Origin: Candidatus Puniceispirillaceae bacterium
GTDB taxonomy: Bacteria; Pseudomonadota; Alphaproteobacteria; Puniceispirillales; Puniceispirillaceae
Direction of reading: 5' to 3'
Assembly: GCA_965657415.1 (NCBI GenBank)
Contig: CBFHNZ010000003.1
Location: 7,621-71,620 of the forward strand
DNA: 64,000 nt
Shown here: positions 9,065 through 20,666 of the stretch, piece after piece
How the letters are laid out: each line of letters starts with the position of its first letter
Numbering within the stretch: position 1 is the first letter of the stretch
Notes under the pieces: generated by a model
Database searches by the model: none
What the model saw: the letters and a program-made list of their open reading frames with translations, nothing else
What the model was told of the DNA's origin: nothing
Position numbers and translations under genes: made by a program

Positions 9065-10609
9065 ATGGATCTGTTCGCCAATCTCGCCCTTGGTTTTTCC
9101 ATTGCGCTGTCTCCCGAAACGCTGGCGCTGGCCGTGGCTGGGTGTATCCTCGGCACAATGATCGGGGCACTGCCGGGGCTTGGCCCCTCGAATGGCGTTG
9201 CCATTCTGATCCCGTTGGCCTTCAGCTTTGGGCTTGATGCCACGCATTCGCTGGTGCTGATGACGGCGGTCTATTATGGCGCCATGTATGGCGGGCGAAT
9301 CTCGTCAATCCTGCTGAACATACCCGGCGATGAACCGGCGATGATGACGACGCTGGATGGCTATCCGATGGCCAAGGCCGGGCGTGCCGGTGATGCGCTT
9401 GTGCTGTCCGGTGTCGCCTCCTTTGTTGGGGCTTTTCTCGCCACCATCGGACTTATGCTGCTGGCGCCGTTGCTGGCGCGGGTCGCCTTTATGTTCGGCC
9501 CGGCGGAATATTTCGCCCTCTATCTTCTGGCTTTCTGCACGCTTGGCGGGCTTGGCTCGAACAACCAGGCAAAGGCCGCCATTGCAGTCTGCCTTGGTCT
9601 TGGCATTGCGATGATCGGTGTCGACAAATCGACCGGCCTGACACGGTTCACTGGTGGCAGCCTGCACCTGTTCGATGGTGTCGATTTCCTTGTCGCTATT
9701 GTCGGGCTGTTCGCGGTGGCTGAAGTATTCGTCTTTATCGAGAGCCACGGGCGTGATTCCGCCATCGGGGTGAAGCTGGAGAAAATCCGCATCCCGGTGA
9801 AGGACATCATGAATAGTGGCTGGACGATGCTGCGCGGCACAGGCATCGGCTTTGTCGCCGGCCTGTTGCCGGGGGCCGGTGCCTCGCTTGGCAGTTTCCT
9901 TGCCTACATGCTGGAAAAATCAGTTGCCCGCGACAAGTCGACCTTCGGCACGGGTGAGCCGAAGGGAATCGCTGCGCCAGAGGCCGGCAACAATGCGGCG
10001 GCTGGCGGCGCACTGGTGCCGATGCTGACGCTTGGCGTGCCCGGGTCGGGAACAACGGCGGTGCTGCTGGCGCTGCTGATGACGTTGAACATCACACCGG
10101 GGCCGCTGCTCTTTACCGAACGGCCGGAGGTGGTGTGGGGCCTCATCGCCTCGCTGCTAATCGCCAATGTCGTGTTGCTGGTCCTGAATGTGCCGCTGGT
10201 GCGGGTGTTCAGCCGCATTCTGCAGGTGCCGGCGGCGGTGCTGCTCCCGGGTGTCACGATGATTTCCTTTGTCGGCATCTACTCCCTGTCGGGAAGTTAT
10301 TTTGATCTGTTGCTGATGATCGGGTTCGGCGTTCTCGGCTATGCTCTTCGCAAGTTGTCGATCCCCGCCGTGCCGGTCATCCTCGGCATTCTTCTTGGTG
10401 GCCATATGGAGGTCAGCCTGCGCCGTGCCATGGTGTTGTCCGACGGCGATTGGACCTATCTGTTTGCCTCGCCGATCTCAATCGGATTGTGGATCGCCGC
10501 CGTCGCAGGCTTCATTCTGCCGCTGTTCCTTCGTCCCTATCTGCGCGCGCCGGTTCAGCTTGCCGCTGGCGGGGGGGCCAAAAGCCGTCCTGAAAAGGAT
10601 GGAGGATGA
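9065..10609 (+). CDS. tctA: Tripartite tricarboxylate transporter large permease
   Basis: GALPGLGP, YYGAMYGG..SILLNIPG, APEAGNNAA..PMLTLGVPGS. Confidence 0.93.
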   Translation: MDLFANLALGFSIALSPETLALAVAGCILGTMIGALPGLGPSNGVAILIPLAFSFGLDATHSLVLMTAVYYGAMYGGRISSILLNIPGDEPAMMTTLDGYPMAKAGRAGDALVLSGVASFVGAFLATIGLMLLAPLLARVAFMFGPAEYFALYLLAFCTLGGLGSNNQAKAAIAVCLGLGIAMIGVDKSTGLTRFTGGSLHLFDGVDFLVAIVGLFAVAEVFVFIESHGRDSAIGVKLEKIRIPVKDIMNSGWTMLRGTGIGFVAGLLPGAGASLGSFLAYMLEKSVARDKSTFGTGEPKGIAAPEAGNNAAAGGALVPMLTLGVPGSGTTAVLLALLMTLNITPGPLLFTERPEVVWGLIASLLIANVVLLVLNVPLVRVFSRILQVPAAVLLPGVTMISFVGIYSLSGSYFDLLLMIGFGVLGYALRKLSIPAVPVILGILLGGHMEVSLRRAMVLSDGDWTYLFASPISIGLWIAAVAGFILPLFLRPYLRAPVQLAAGGGAKSRPEKDGG

Positions 10610-11973
10610 TGTCGACACGGGTTCTCGTCCCGTCGGGTGTTCTTGGTCTCGGTTTTGATCCGTCCGCACTGGCGCGAGGAATTGCGGCCAAGCCTGACAT
10701 CATTGCCATCGATGGCGGGTCGACCGACAGCGGCCCGTTCTATCTCGGTACAGGCACCTCGAAATACAGCCGGTCGGTCTGTCGTGATGAATGGCAACAG
10801 CTTCTTGAGGCGCGTGCCGCCGCTGGCGTGCCGCTGGTGATTGGCAGCTGCGGCACCTGTGGGACCGCCAGCACCGTTGACTGGATGTTTGAGATCACCT
10901 GCGAACTTGCTGCTGAGCTGGGCCAGACGCTGCGCGTAGCACGTCTCTACAGCGATGTGTCGACCGAGACGGTGCAACAGGCGCGCGATGATGGTCGGCT
11001 ATCCCAGCTTGATCCGGCGCCGGCCATCGACGATGCCGCACTGGCCGGTTTGACGAATGTTGTTGCGCTTGCCGGAGCTGAACAGATACAGGCGGCGATC
11101 AATACCGGCGCCGAAGTGGTGCTGGCCGGGCGGACAACCGATACCGCGACCATCGCCGCGCTGCCGCTGGCACGCGGCGCGGATGCTGGTGGTGCCTGGC
11201 ATGGCGCGAAAATCGCTGAATGCGGTGCCTTCTGTACTACCCAGCCGGCAAGTGGCGTGATTATGGTCAGTTTCGACGCAACAGGTTTCACCGTCACGCC
11301 GATGGGCGAGGGTGTGCGGTGTACACCGCAATCGGTGGCAGCGCATATGCTGTATGAGAACAGCGATCCCTGGGTTCTGCATGAACCTGGGGGCCATCTT
11401 GATGTGACGGGGGCCCGCTACGGTGACGCTGGGAATGGCCGTGTCAGGGTGGAAGGTGCCGCCTGGGTGCCAGCCCCTTTCTATGGTGTGAAGCTGGAAG
11501 GCGCGCGACTTGCCGGTTATCAGACCATGATGCTGGCGGTGATCCGTGAGCCCCGCTATGTCGATGCGGCAGCGGACTGGGCCAACCGGTTGTTGGCGCA
11601 TTGCCGGGGACTCATCACTTCGTCGCTGCGCCTTGCTGACAGCGATTATGATATCGAACTCCGCCTGATCGGTGTTGATGCGGCGCTTGGCGGGCAGGAG
11701 CGTGACCGTGGATCACCTGTCGAGGTCGGCGTGCTGCTGCTGATCACTGCCGCCAGCCAGGAGGTGGCCAGCGAGATCGCCGCGGTGATCAACCCGCATC
11801 TGCTGCATTTCCCGTTGAGTGACAATGAACCGCTGCCGACCTTTGCCTTCCCGGTGTCGCCGGTCCATTCCGACCGTGGTGCGGTTTATGAATTCGCGCT
11901 CAACCATGTGCTGGCGCTGGCGGACCCGATGGAGGGGTTCCGGTTGCGTGTTGATGAGGTCGGGCATGGCTGA
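10606..11973 (+). CDS. AtuA-like (DUF1446) protein
   Basis: PSGVLGLG, DGGSTDSGPFYLG, GSCGTCG, AGRTTD, WHGAKIAECG, AHMLYENSDP; ATGA overlap with tctA. Confidence 0.82.
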   Translation: MMSTRVLVPSGVLGLGFDPSALARGIAAKPDIIAIDGGSTDSGPFYLGTGTSKYSRSVCRDEWQQLLEARAAAGVPLVIGSCGTCGTASTVDWMFEITCELAAELGQTLRVARLYSDVSTETVQQARDDGRLSQLDPAPAIDDAALAGLTNVVALAGAEQIQAAINTGAEVVLAGRTTDTATIAALPLARGADAGGAWHGAKIAECGAFCTTQPASGVIMVSFDATGFTVTPMGEGVRCTPQSVAAHMLYENSDPWVLHEPGGHLDVTGARYGDAGNGRVRVEGAAWVPAPFYGVKLEGARLAGYQTMMLAVIREPRYVDAAADWANRLLAHCRGLITSSLRLADSDYDIELRLIGVDAALGGQERDRGSPVEVGVLLLITAASQEVASEIAAVINPHLLHFPLSDNEPLPTFAFPVSPVHSDRGAVYEFALNHVLALADPMEGFRLRVDEVGHG

Positions 11974-12265
11974 ACTTCACGCGATCACCAACCGCATCCG
12001 GTCAAAGAATGCCGGCCCGTTCTGGATCACCGTCGACATATTCTGTGATACACCTGATATCTTCGCGCAGGTGACGGCGGCATTGTCGACCCGGCGGGTG
12101 GCGGATCATCTGCAACTTGATGCCGCCCACCTCAAACGGTTCGAGATGCCGGCGCTGAATGTCCTGAAATTCAGCTTTCCCCGCCCCTATCCACAGGGCA
12201 GTCTTCGTGACCGGGACATGCATGGCGCGCAGGTAGCGGTGCTGTTCGAGGGGCTGGAAGTCTAG
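11966..12265 (+). CDS. DUF4387 family protein
   Basis: [16 protein letters not shown] and [18 protein letters not shown]; start at ATG 11966 overlapping the AtuA-like gene end. Confidence 0.82.
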   Translation: MAELHAITNRIRSKNAGPFWITVDIFCDTPDIFAQVTAALSTRRVADHLQLDAAHLKRFEMPALNVLKFSFPRPYPQGSLRDRDMHGAQVAVLFEGLEV

Positions 12266-13413
12266 TTCCCGGCCCACCCGTCCAGAACCTGACGGGCAAT
12301 GATCAGCTTCTGCACCTCGCTGGCGCCTTCATAGATGCGAAGGGCACGAATTTCGCGATACAGCATCTCAACTGTCTGGCCAATGCGCACGCCGTCACCG
12401 CCATGCAGCTGCACCGCCTTGTCGATCACCGTCTGCGCGATTTCGGTTGCATGGAGTTTTGCCATCGAGGCTTCGCGGCTGATCCGTGCCGCGCCGTTAT
12501 CCTTGGTCCAGGCAGCGCGATAAATCAGCAATGCCGCGGCGTCCACATCGAGCGCCATCTCGGCAAGACTTGCCTGAACTGTCGGCATTGCCGCCAGTGG
12601 TGCGCCGAACAGCTCGCGCGTCGATACGCGGTCCAGCGCTTCATCAAGGGCGCGCCGCGCCAGTCCGAGGGCAGCCGCACCGACGGTCGAGCGAAAGACA
12701 TCAAGCACCGACATGGCGATGCCGAAACCCTTTCCGGCGGTGCCGATCAGCGCGTTTCCGGGAAGCCGCATGTCATCAAAGGTCAGGCGGGCCAGAGGGT
12801 GCGGCGCGATCACATCGATCCGTTCCGCGATGTTCAGGCCGGGCGTGTCGGCAGGTACCAGAAAACAGGACAGGCCCTTCGCACCCGGACCTTCGCCAGT
12901 TCGGGCAAACACGGTGTAGATATCGGCGATGCCACCATTCGAGATCCAGGTCTTCTCGCCATTGATGATCCAGCCGTTGCCATCCTGTTCGGCGGCGGTG
13001 GCCAGATTGGCGACATCCGAGCCGCTTGTCGGCTCCGACAGCGCGAAACCGGAAATGGCCCTTCCTTTCATGGTTTGCGCCAACCATTGTTTCTGGTCGC
13101 TGTCGCCAAACAGAGTGACAGGCCCCATGCCGAGCCCCTGCATCGCAAAGGCGAAATCGGCGAGGGCGTCATGGCGGGCCAGCGTCTCGCGGATCAGGCA
13201 GAGTGTACGCACCTCAAGCTCCGGTCGGTCCATGTTGGCCGAATGATCCAACCAGCCATCAGCGCCAAGTCTGGCAACGAGGTCCCGGCAGGCGGCATCG
13301 ACATCACTATGGTCAACCGGCAGGTTTTTGGCGCACCAGGCTTCGAGATCGGCGGCCAGCAAGCGGTGGTGATCGTCTAGAAACGGCCAGTCAAGAAAGC
13401 TGTGGTCCGACAT
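12262..13413 (-). CDS. Acyl-CoA dehydrogenase (abm-type cluster)
   Basis: [45 protein letters not shown]. Confidence 0.92.
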   Translation of the reverse strand: MSDHSFLDWPFLDDHHRLLAADLEAWCAKNLPVDHSDVDAACRDLVARLGADGWLDHSANMDRPELEVRTLCLIRETLARHDALADFAFAMQGLGMGPVTLFGDSDQKQWLAQTMKGRAISGFALSEPTSGSDVANLATAAEQDGNGWIINGEKTWISNGGIADIYTVFARTGEGPGAKGLSCFLVPADTPGLNIAERIDVIAPHPLARLTFDDMRLPGNALIGTAGKGFGIAMSVLDVFRSTVGAAALGLARRALDEALDRVSTRELFGAPLAAMPTVQASLAEMALDVDAAALLIYRAAWTKDNGAARISREASMAKLHATEIAQTVIDKAVQLHGGDGVRIGQTVEMLYREIRALRIYEGASEVQKLIIARQVLDGWAGN

Positions 13414-14225
13414 CAGTTACCCTCGAAAACAGGTTTGTCCTTCGCGACAAAGGCGCGGTAGGCGCGGCGGAAATCTTCTGTTTGCATGCAAATGGCCTGT
13501 GCCTGTGCCTCGCTCTCGATGGCAGTTTCGAGGCTCATTGACCATTCCTGATTGAGCTGGGTCTTGGTCATCATATGCGCAAAATTCGGACCGCTGGAAA
13601 TGCGCGTGGCCAAATCATGGGCCGCGCTGTCAATTTCGTCGGCCGGGTGAACAGCGTTCCAGAAACCCCAGAACAGCCCTTCATCAGCCTGCAGGGTCCT
13701 GCCGGTGTAAAGCAGTTCGGCGGCGCGCCCCTGGCCAATGATGCGCGGCAACATCGCGCAGGCGCCCATATCGCATCCGGCAAGGCCGACGCGCGTGAAC
13801 AGGAAGGCGACCTTTGCCTCGGGGGTGGCCAGCCGCATGTCGGCAGCCATTGCCAGGATCGCGCCGGCACCGACACAGATGCCGTCAACCGCAGCGATCA
13901 CGGGCTTGCCACAGGACAGCATCGCCTTGACCAGATCGCCGGTCATGCGGGTGAAGGCCAGCAGCTGCCTCATATCCATGTCCACAAGAGGTCCGATGAT
14001 ATCGTGAACATCCCCGCCAGAGCAGAAATTCCCGCCATTCGAGGTCAGCAGCACCGCATCCACATCCTCGGCGTAGGCCAGGTCGCGAAACATGTCGCGA
14101 AGCTCGGCATAGCTCTCAAAGGTCAGCGGGTTTTTTCGCGCTGTCCCCTGCAGGCTTACCGTGGCAATGCGCGTGTCCCACTGCCAGTTGAAATGCGTGG
14201 GGGCGAAATTCTGCATCCTGGTCAT
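13413..14225 (-). CDS. Enoyl-CoA hydratase/isomerase family protein (abm-type cluster)
   Basis: [36 protein letters not shown]. Confidence 0.9.
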   Translation of the reverse strand: MTRMQNFAPTHFNWQWDTRIATVSLQGTARKNPLTFESYAELRDMFRDLAYAEDVDAVLLTSNGGNFCSGGDVHDIIGPLVDMDMRQLLAFTRMTGDLVKAMLSCGKPVIAAVDGICVGAGAILAMAADMRLATPEAKVAFLFTRVGLAGCDMGACAMLPRIIGQGRAAELLYTGRTLQADEGLFWGFWNAVHPADEIDSAAHDLATRISSGPNFAHMMTKTQLNQEWSMSLETAIESEAQAQAICMQTEDFRRAYRAFVAKDKPVFEGN

Positions 14226-14704
14226 GTGGCGTCTCCGTGAAGTTGATCCAGCAGAGTTGCCAGCTGCCGTAACGAATCCTCATCCAGATTTGCGAACATC
14301 GAGTCGATCCACTCCTCATGGGCGCTGGCCATTGTTGTAAAGCGTTTGATGCCGCGCGAGGTCAGACGCACGGTCGCGGCGCGCTTGTCATCATGGACAA
14401 CTTCGCGCGTGACAAGCCCCTCATGGATCAGACTGTCCACGATGCCGGTCACATTGCCGTTCGAGACCTTCAGATGCGCCGATAGATGGCTCATGCGCAG
14501 CCCCTCGCGATGGCGGTCAAGCGTGGCCATGACATCGAACCGGGGCAGGGTGGTGTCAAATTCGGTGCGCAGCGAAGAGCGTAGCTGGCCCAGCATGCTG
14601 CGGTTCTTGTCCAGCAGCCGTAACCAGACCCGGAGCCGCTGTTTCGAAAGTGGCGCCGTATCCTTGGGTTCGTCGCGCTCCATAACAGGTGAGGGCATGG
14701 TCAT
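14222..14704 (-). CDS. MarR-family transcriptional regulator
   Basis: [42 protein letters not shown]; start ATG 14704 overlaps SDR stop. Confidence 0.9.
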   Translation of the reverse strand: MTMPSPVMERDEPKDTAPLSKQRLRVWLRLLDKNRSMLGQLRSSLRTEFDTTLPRFDVMATLDRHREGLRMSHLSAHLKVSNGNVTGIVDSLIHEGLVTREVVHDDKRAATVRLTSRGIKRFTTMASAHEEWIDSMFANLDEDSLRQLATLLDQLHGDAT

Positions 14705-15495
14705 CCTTCGCCACCATTTATCGCGATCGTCTGCCCATTGACGGCATCGGACCCCGGTCCGCACAGCCACAGCGCTGCCTGGCTGACTTCCCGAGGTGTG
14801 ATCAGCCGGCCGAGAGGGCTCATTCCAGCCAGAATTTCGACGGCTTCCTGCCGGCTCTTGCCGGTCTTGGTGATGATGTTGTCAATGCTGCGGTCGGTCA
14901 TCTCGGTATCGAGATACCCCGGGCACAGGGCATTGGCGGTGATGCCGCTGCCGGCGAGTTCTGCCGCGGCGGATCGGACCAGACCGTTGACGCCATGTTT
15001 CGAGGCGCTGTAGGCGCTTGCATATTTATGACCGGACAGGCCGGTGGTCGATGAAATCGCGATAAGGCGGCCCCATGGCGCCTGTGCATCGCGAAGCCGC
15101 TGCAACCCGGCACGGAAGGTCAGGAAGCAACCTGTCAGGTTGATGGCCATCATTTGGTGCCACATGTCGCTGGAAGTCCGATGCAGCGGCGCGCTGTCGG
15201 CAATGCCGGCATTGGCAATCAGGATATCGACCGGGCCAATGGCGTCGAACATCGCCTCTGTGCCAGCCTCGTCGGTGACATCGAGCTGGTGTGCGGTAAT
15301 GTTGTGATGCCCAGCTGCAAGGCTGTCGAGCGTCTCTCGGCGACGCCCGCAAATATGGACTTCGGCGCCGCTCTCTGCAAAGTCCGTTGCCAGTATGCGG
15401 CCCAGTCCACTGCCGCCCCCCGTCACCAGAACCTTTCTACGTGACAAATCCACCGCTTCCTCCCTGCTCTCGGTGTGCATCCCGGCCCCGAACAA
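14701..15495 (-). CDS. Short-chain dehydrogenase/reductase (abm-type cluster)
   Basis: VTGGGSGLG, NAG, YSASKHG (YxxxK), CPGYLDT. Confidence 0.9.
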   Translation of the reverse strand: MFGAGMHTESREEAVDLSRRKVLVTGGGSGLGRILATDFAESGAEVHICGRRRETLDSLAAGHHNITAHQLDVTDEAGTEAMFDAIGPVDILIANAGIADSAPLHRTSSDMWHQMMAINLTGCFLTFRAGLQRLRDAQAPWGRLIAISSTTGLSGHKYASAYSASKHGVNGLVRSAAAELAGSGITANALCPGYLDTEMTDRSIDNIITKTGKSRQEAVEILAGMSPLGRLITPREVSQAALWLCGPGSDAVNGQTIAINGGEG

Positions 15496-15532
15496 CTACG
15501 CTGCCAATTATCTTATGTCCCCCGGGGCTGCC

Positions 15533-17896
15533 TCACACGGAAATCTTGAATCCCTCACCACGCTCCGACAGCCGGCGCAGCTGATCCCGACCTGGAAGAT
15601 AGGGGTCCGGCCACGCCACCTCGTCATCACCGAGCGCGGCGGCAGCGTGGAGTGTCCAGTATGGATTGGCAAGGTGAGGGCGTGCCAGACAGACAAGATC
15701 GGCCCGGCCCGCCATCAGGATGGAGTTGACATGGTCCGGCTCGTAAATGTTGCCAACCGCCATTGTGGGAATATTGCGTTCGTTGCGGATCCGGTCCGAG
15801 AACGGGGTCTGGAACATACGCCCGTAGACCGGGCGGGCCTCAATCGAAGTCTGGCCGGCCGAAACATCGACGATATCAACTCCTGCCTGGCGAAATGCCT
15901 CGGCAATATCGACCGCCTCACCGCCATCAACCCCGCTGTCACCTGTCCAGTCGGTCGCAGAGATGCGCACTGACATGGGTTTTTGTGAGGGCCAGGCGGC
16001 GCGCATGGCGGCAAACACCTCCAGGGGGTAGCGAAGGCGGTTTTCGAGGCTGCCGCCATATTCATCCGTACGGATGTTCGACAACGGCGAGATGAAGGAT
16101 GAAATCAGATATCCATGCGCGGCGTGAAGTTCGACCATGTCGAATCCGCAGCGTGCCGCCATCTGTGTCGCAGCCACAAATTGATTGCGCACCTTGTCCA
16201 TGTCGTTCCGGTCCATGGCCTTTGGCACCGCATTGCCTGGTGCCCAGGCGATGGCCGAGGCCGACATCAATGGCCAGTTCCCGTCCTTCAATGGCGAGTC
16301 CATCTCCTGCCACCCCAGCTGCGTCGATCCCTTGCGCCCGGCATGGCCGATCTGCATGCAGAATTTTGCATCGGTCTCGGCATGGACAAACTGAACGATC
16401 TGCTTCCAGGCTTCTTCATGTGCCGGGTCATAAAGCCCGGGACATCCCGGGGTGATCCGTCCCTCGGCGCTGACGCAGGTCATCTCGGCATAGACCAGCC
16501 CGGCACCCCCTTTGGCGCGTTCGCCATAATGTACCAGGTGCCAATCTGTGGGTCTGCCGTCGACGGCCTTATATTGCGCCATCGGCGAGACCACCAGCCG
16601 GTTTTTCAGGCACAAATCGCGCAGCTTGTATGGGGCGAACATCGGCGCACGATGAATGCCGTTGGCCCCGGCTTTCTGCTGGAACCACATCTCGGCTGAC
16701 CTCAGCCAGTCGGCATCACGCACCCGCAGATTCTCGTGTGAGATGCGCTGTGAGCGGGTGAGCAGCGAATAGTTCAGCTGAACCGGGTCCAGATGCAGAT
16801 ATCGTTCGACATCCTCGAACCATTCGGTCGAATTGCGCGCTGCTGATTGCAGCCGCAGCACGTCCAGTCGCCGGTCTTCCTGATAGCGTTTGAAGGCGTC
16901 CTCGAGCCGGTCCTCGGCTGTTACCAGTTCGGCAAGTGCAATGGCCGATTCAAAGGCCAGCTTCGTCCCGGACCCGATGGAGAAATGTGCTGTCGCCGAT
17001 GAATCACCCAGCAGCACGACATTTTTGTGATGCCATGTGCGGCACAGGATGCGGTCGAAGTTCAACCATGCCGACCCCCGAAGGTGATTGGCATTCGACA
17101 TCAGGCTGTGCCCGTCCAGATGGGTGGCGAAAATGGACTCGCAGGCGGCAATGCTTTCCGCCTGTGTCATGTCGCCGAATCCCCAGCCTTGCCATGTCGC
17201 CTCGCTGCATTCGACGATGAAGGTGGCAGTATCTTCATCAAACTGGTAAGCGTGCGCCCACACCCAGCCATGCTCCGTTTCCTCGAAGATGAAAGTGAAC
17301 GCATCGTCGAATTTCTGCTTCGTGCCAAGCCAGACGAATTTGCAGGCGCGCCGATCAATTTCCGGCCCGAAACTATCTTCGAAACGCGCCCGGATGCGGG
17401 AATTCACGCCATCTGCCGCGACCACCAAATCATGTGTGGCACACAGCGCGTCGATATCGTTGCATTCTGTCTCGAAGCTCAGGTTGACGCCAAGCTCGCG
17501 GGCCCGTTCCTGCAGGATCAACAACAGTTTACGGCGGCCGATTCCGCAGAAACCATGCCCGCCTGAGACAAGCCGTTGCCCCATATGGATCAGAGCAATG
17601 TCATCCCAATAGGCGAAATGCTGGCCAATCAGATCGGCGCTGTCCGGGTCGTGGGTGCGCAGGTTGGCAAGCGTTTCGTCCGACAGCACCACGCCCCACC
17701 CGAAAGTGTCATCGGCGCGGTTGCGTTCAATCACGGTAACATTGCAGGACCGGTCGCGCAGCTTCAGGCTGATGGCGAAATAAAGACCTGCCGGGCCACC
17801 GCCGACGCAGGCCACATTCAAGCTGCGCCCGCCTGGTGTTGCCTCGGCGCGCGGCGTCCCGGTGGAGGCTGTCCGTTCAGTTGGCATGTCGTGCAT
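15533..17896 (-). CDS. abmA: Bifunctional 2-aminobenzoyl-CoA monooxygenase/reductase (salicylyl-CoA 5-hydroxylase family)
   Basis: N-terminal FAD monooxygenase ([30 protein letters not shown]) fused to OYE-like domain ([25 protein letters not shown]); RBS GAGGAG before ATG 17896. Confidence 0.85.
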   Translation of the reverse strand: MHDMPTERTASTGTPRAEATPGGRSLNVACVGGGPAGLYFAISLKLRDRSCNVTVIERNRADDTFGWGVVLSDETLANLRTHDPDSADLIGQHFAYWDDIALIHMGQRLVSGGHGFCGIGRRKLLLILQERARELGVNLSFETECNDIDALCATHDLVVAADGVNSRIRARFEDSFGPEIDRRACKFVWLGTKQKFDDAFTFIFEETEHGWVWAHAYQFDEDTATFIVECSEATWQGWGFGDMTQAESIAACESIFATHLDGHSLMSNANHLRGSAWLNFDRILCRTWHHKNVVLLGDSSATAHFSIGSGTKLAFESAIALAELVTAEDRLEDAFKRYQEDRRLDVLRLQSAARNSTEWFEDVERYLHLDPVQLNYSLLTRSQRISHENLRVRDADWLRSAEMWFQQKAGANGIHRAPMFAPYKLRDLCLKNRLVVSPMAQYKAVDGRPTDWHLVHYGERAKGGAGLVYAEMTCVSAEGRITPGCPGLYDPAHEEAWKQIVQFVHAETDAKFCMQIGHAGRKGSTQLGWQEMDSPLKDGNWPLMSASAIAWAPGNAVPKAMDRNDMDKVRNQFVAATQMAARCGFDMVELHAAHGYLISSFISPLSNIRTDEYGGSLENRLRYPLEVFAAMRAAWPSQKPMSVRISATDWTGDSGVDGGEAVDIAEAFRQAGVDIVDVSAGQTSIEARPVYGRMFQTPFSDRIRNERNIPTMAVGNIYEPDHVNSILMAGRADLVCLARPHLANPYWTLHAAAALGDDEVAWPDPYLPGRDQLRRLSERGEGFKISV

Positions 17897-17969
17897 TGAC
17901 TCCTCGACTGTCCCCCGTCGATGCGCCGATCGAACGCACCTGTAAAAAAACTGGCAGCGGTTCAAATTA

Positions 17970-17985
17970 ATTTCAAGCTTAAAAT
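17970..17985. promoter_or_regulatory. Palindromic operator ATTTCAAGCTTAAAAT, likely bound by the cluster MarR
   Basis: 14/16 self-complementary, AT-rich, centred between divergent abm operons. Confidence 0.65.
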
Positions 17986-18052
17986 ATTTTTGTTGAATTC
18001 GCTGTCACGCCGGATAAGCTTTTCGGAGGTCGGGTATGAAGAGGGCTCTGAC

Positions 18053-18478
18053 ATGGCGGTGTTCCGATACAGTATCGACGTGATGTTCCAGCATTGCGAC
18101 CCAGCCGGCATCGTTTTCTATCCGCGATTTTTCGAGATGATGAATGAAGTGACCGAGCGGTTTTTCAAGCAGTCTGTCGGCTGGCCACTCAGCCGCATGC
18201 ACGCTGTAGACGGGCGCGGCATCCCTTCGGTTTCAGCAAGGCTGGACTTCCGCGCGCCGGCCCGGCTTGGCGACATTATGGACTGGTCGATGTGGGTGGC
18301 GCGCCTCGGGCGCTCCAGCGCGACCATGGCCTATGCAGCCGAGGTGGCGGGAGGTGATGTGCTGGGCGGCGAGGCGACCATTGTGCATACCGATCTCGAG
18401 GCGATGTCGCCGCTGCCCTGGACGGCGGAGGTGCGCTCCGTCCTCGAGGCGCATCTTCATTTGACAGGGGAGAAGTGA
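18053..18478 (+). CDS. Acyl-CoA thioesterase (4HBT hot-dog family)
   Basis: HCDPAGIVFYPRFFE, DFRAPARLGD, LGRSS. Confidence 0.88.
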   Translation: MAVFRYSIDVMFQHCDPAGIVFYPRFFEMMNEVTERFFKQSVGWPLSRMHAVDGRGIPSVSARLDFRAPARLGDIMDWSMWVARLGRSSATMAYAAEVAGGDVLGGEATIVHTDLEAMSPLPWTAEVRSVLEAHLHLTGEK

Positions 18479-18479
18479 G

Positions 18480-18881
18480 ATGGCGTTGATCGAGGTCCGA
18501 CCGCCGGGCTGGCCACAACCGAAAGGCTATGCGAACGGCATCTGGGGTGAAGGCCGGATGTTGCTTGTTGGCGGTCAGATCGGCTGGACTCCTGACGGCA
18601 GATTCGAGCATCACGATTTCATTGGCCAGATGAAGCAGGCGTTGCGCAATATCGTCGCCGTCGTCGAGGCTGCCGGTGGCACGATCGAGGATATCGGCCG
18701 TCTGACATGGTACGTCACCGATAAGGCCGATTATCTGAAAAACCAGAACGCCGTCGGCGCCGCCTACCGCGAGGTCATGGGATATCATTTTCCGGCGATG
18801 ACAATGGTCGTTGTTACCGCACTGGTCGAAGATGAAGCACTGGTCGAGATCGAGGCCACAGCCATCCTGCCCAGTGTCTGA
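18480..18881 (+). CDS. RidA family protein
   Basis: PPGWPQPKGYANG, GGQIGW, HFPAMT, ALVEIEATA. Confidence 0.9.
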   Translation: MALIEVRPPGWPQPKGYANGIWGEGRMLLVGGQIGWTPDGRFEHHDFIGQMKQALRNIVAVVEAAGGTIEDIGRLTWYVTDKADYLKNQNAVGAAYREVMGYHFPAMTMVVVTALVEDEALVEIEATAILPSV

Positions 18882-18978
18882 TGGGGGCTGATGGCGGCAA
18901 TCAGGAAGCCAGAGCATAGGACAGTCAGTGCCAGACACGCGCGACTGACGGGGTACAAAGACAAGAAAGGGGGACGTT

Positions 18979-20604
18979 ATGTTGCGACCATCGTCTCATG
19001 AAGACAGTTTTTCCCGAGACCAGCTTCCGCCATTCGACCAGTGGCCTGACCTGCTCCTCGACAGATATGACTATCCCGACCGGCTGAATGCTGCCGTCGA
19101 GTTGACCGATGCCATGGTCGCGCGCGGGTTCGGCGATCGGGTCGCGCTGATCGGCAATGGCCGGCGGCGCACCTATAAGGAACTTGCCGACTGGACCAAC
19201 AGGCTTGCACACACGCTTGTCGATGATCTGGGCGTGCGGCCAGGCAATCGGGTGCTGATCCGCTCGGCGAACAACCCGGCCATGGTGGCATGCTGGCTTG
19301 CCGCGACCAAGGTCGGGGCCGTGGTCGTCAACACGATGCCGCTGCTTCGTGCCGGCGAGCTGACCAAATATGTGGACAAGGCCGAGATCTCGCACGCGCT
19401 CTGCGACATCCGGCTGATGGATGAACTTGCCGCCTGCGCCAAGGATAGCCGCTTTCTGAGAACCGTTGTCGGGTTCGACGGCACCGCCAATCACGATGCC
19501 GAACTTGATCGGCTGGCGCTCGACAAGCCGGTGACCTTCGACGCTGTCGAGACATCGCAGGATGATGTGGCGCTGATCGGTTTCACGTCCGGTTCGACCG
19601 GTGACCCGAAGGGCACCATGCATTTCCACCGTGACCTTTTGATCATTGCCGACGGCTATGCGGCCGATGTTCTGGGTGTGACGCACGAGGACATCTTCAT
19701 CGGTTCACCGCCGCTGGCCTTTACCTTCGGGCTTGGCGGGCTGGCCGTATTCCCCCTGCGCTTTGGTGCTGCCGCGATCCTGCTGGAGAACGCCGCACCA
19801 CCCAACCTGATCGAGATGATCGAGCATTACCGGGCCACTGTCTGTTTTACCGCACCCACGGCCTATCGTGTGATGCTGGGAGCCATGGAGGAGGGGGCCG
19901 ATCTGGGGTCGCTGCGGGCCGCCGTGTCGGCTGGTGAGACTTTGCCAGCACCGGTTTATGAGGACTGGAAGATGAAGACCGGCAAGCCCATGCTCGACGG
20001 GATCGGTGCGACCGAATTGCTGCATATCTTTATCAGCAACCGGTTTGAGGACCACGCCCCGGCCTCGACCGGCAAGCCGGTTGGGGGCTATGAAGCGCGG
20101 GTAATCGGGCGGGATGGCAAGGATGTTGCGCCCGGCGAGATCGGCAGGCTGGCGGTGCGCGGTCCAACCGGCTGCCGTTATCTTCGCGGCGAACGCCAGA
20201 GCGAATATGTGCGGGATGGCTGGAATATCACCGGCGACAGCTTTACCGTCGATGCTGATGGCTGTTTCCATTTCGCGGCGCGTAACGATGATATGATCAT
20301 TTCATCAGGCTACAATATCGCCGGTCCAGAGGTTGAGGCCGCCTTGCTGGCACATGAGGCGGTGGCCGAATGCGCCGTGATCGGTGTTCCCGACGAGGAG
20401 CGCGGCCATATTGTCGAGGCACATGTCGTGGTGCAGGCTGACCATGCTGCCGGGGAGATGCTTGCCGAACAGCTGCAGACCCATGTCAAGGCGGTTATCG
20501 CGCCGCACAAATATCCGCGGTCAGTGGTTTTCGCCGATAGCTTGCCGAAAACACAAACTGGCAAGATCCAGCGGTTCCGGCTGAAGCCCGGCGGTGGGGG
20601 CTAG
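18979..20604 (+). CDS. abmG: 2-aminobenzoate-CoA ligase (benzoate-CoA ligase family)
   Basis: FTSGSTGDPKGTMHFH, PPLAFTFGLGG, DGIGATELLHIF, SGYNIAGPEVE, LPKTQTGKIQRF; cluster context. Confidence 0.82.
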   Translation: MLRPSSHEDSFSRDQLPPFDQWPDLLLDRYDYPDRLNAAVELTDAMVARGFGDRVALIGNGRRRTYKELADWTNRLAHTLVDDLGVRPGNRVLIRSANNPAMVACWLAATKVGAVVVNTMPLLRAGELTKYVDKAEISHALCDIRLMDELAACAKDSRFLRTVVGFDGTANHDAELDRLALDKPVTFDAVETSQDDVALIGFTSGSTGDPKGTMHFHRDLLIIADGYAADVLGVTHEDIFIGSPPLAFTFGLGGLAVFPLRFGAAAILLENAAPPNLIEMIEHYRATVCFTAPTAYRVMLGAMEEGADLGSLRAAVSAGETLPAPVYEDWKMKTGKPMLDGIGATELLHIFISNRFEDHAPASTGKPVGGYEARVIGRDGKDVAPGEIGRLAVRGPTGCRYLRGERQSEYVRDGWNITGDSFTVDADGCFHFAARNDDMIISSGYNIAGPEVEAALLAHEAVAECAVIGVPDEERGHIVEAHVVVQADHAAGEMLAEQLQTHVKAVIAPHKYPRSVVFADSLPKTQTGKIQRFRLKPGGGG

Positions 20605-20666
20605 GGTGGCGGTGCCGACAATGACGAAGGTCTAGCATCTGGCGTCAAAACTGCAATTTAGGTTAT

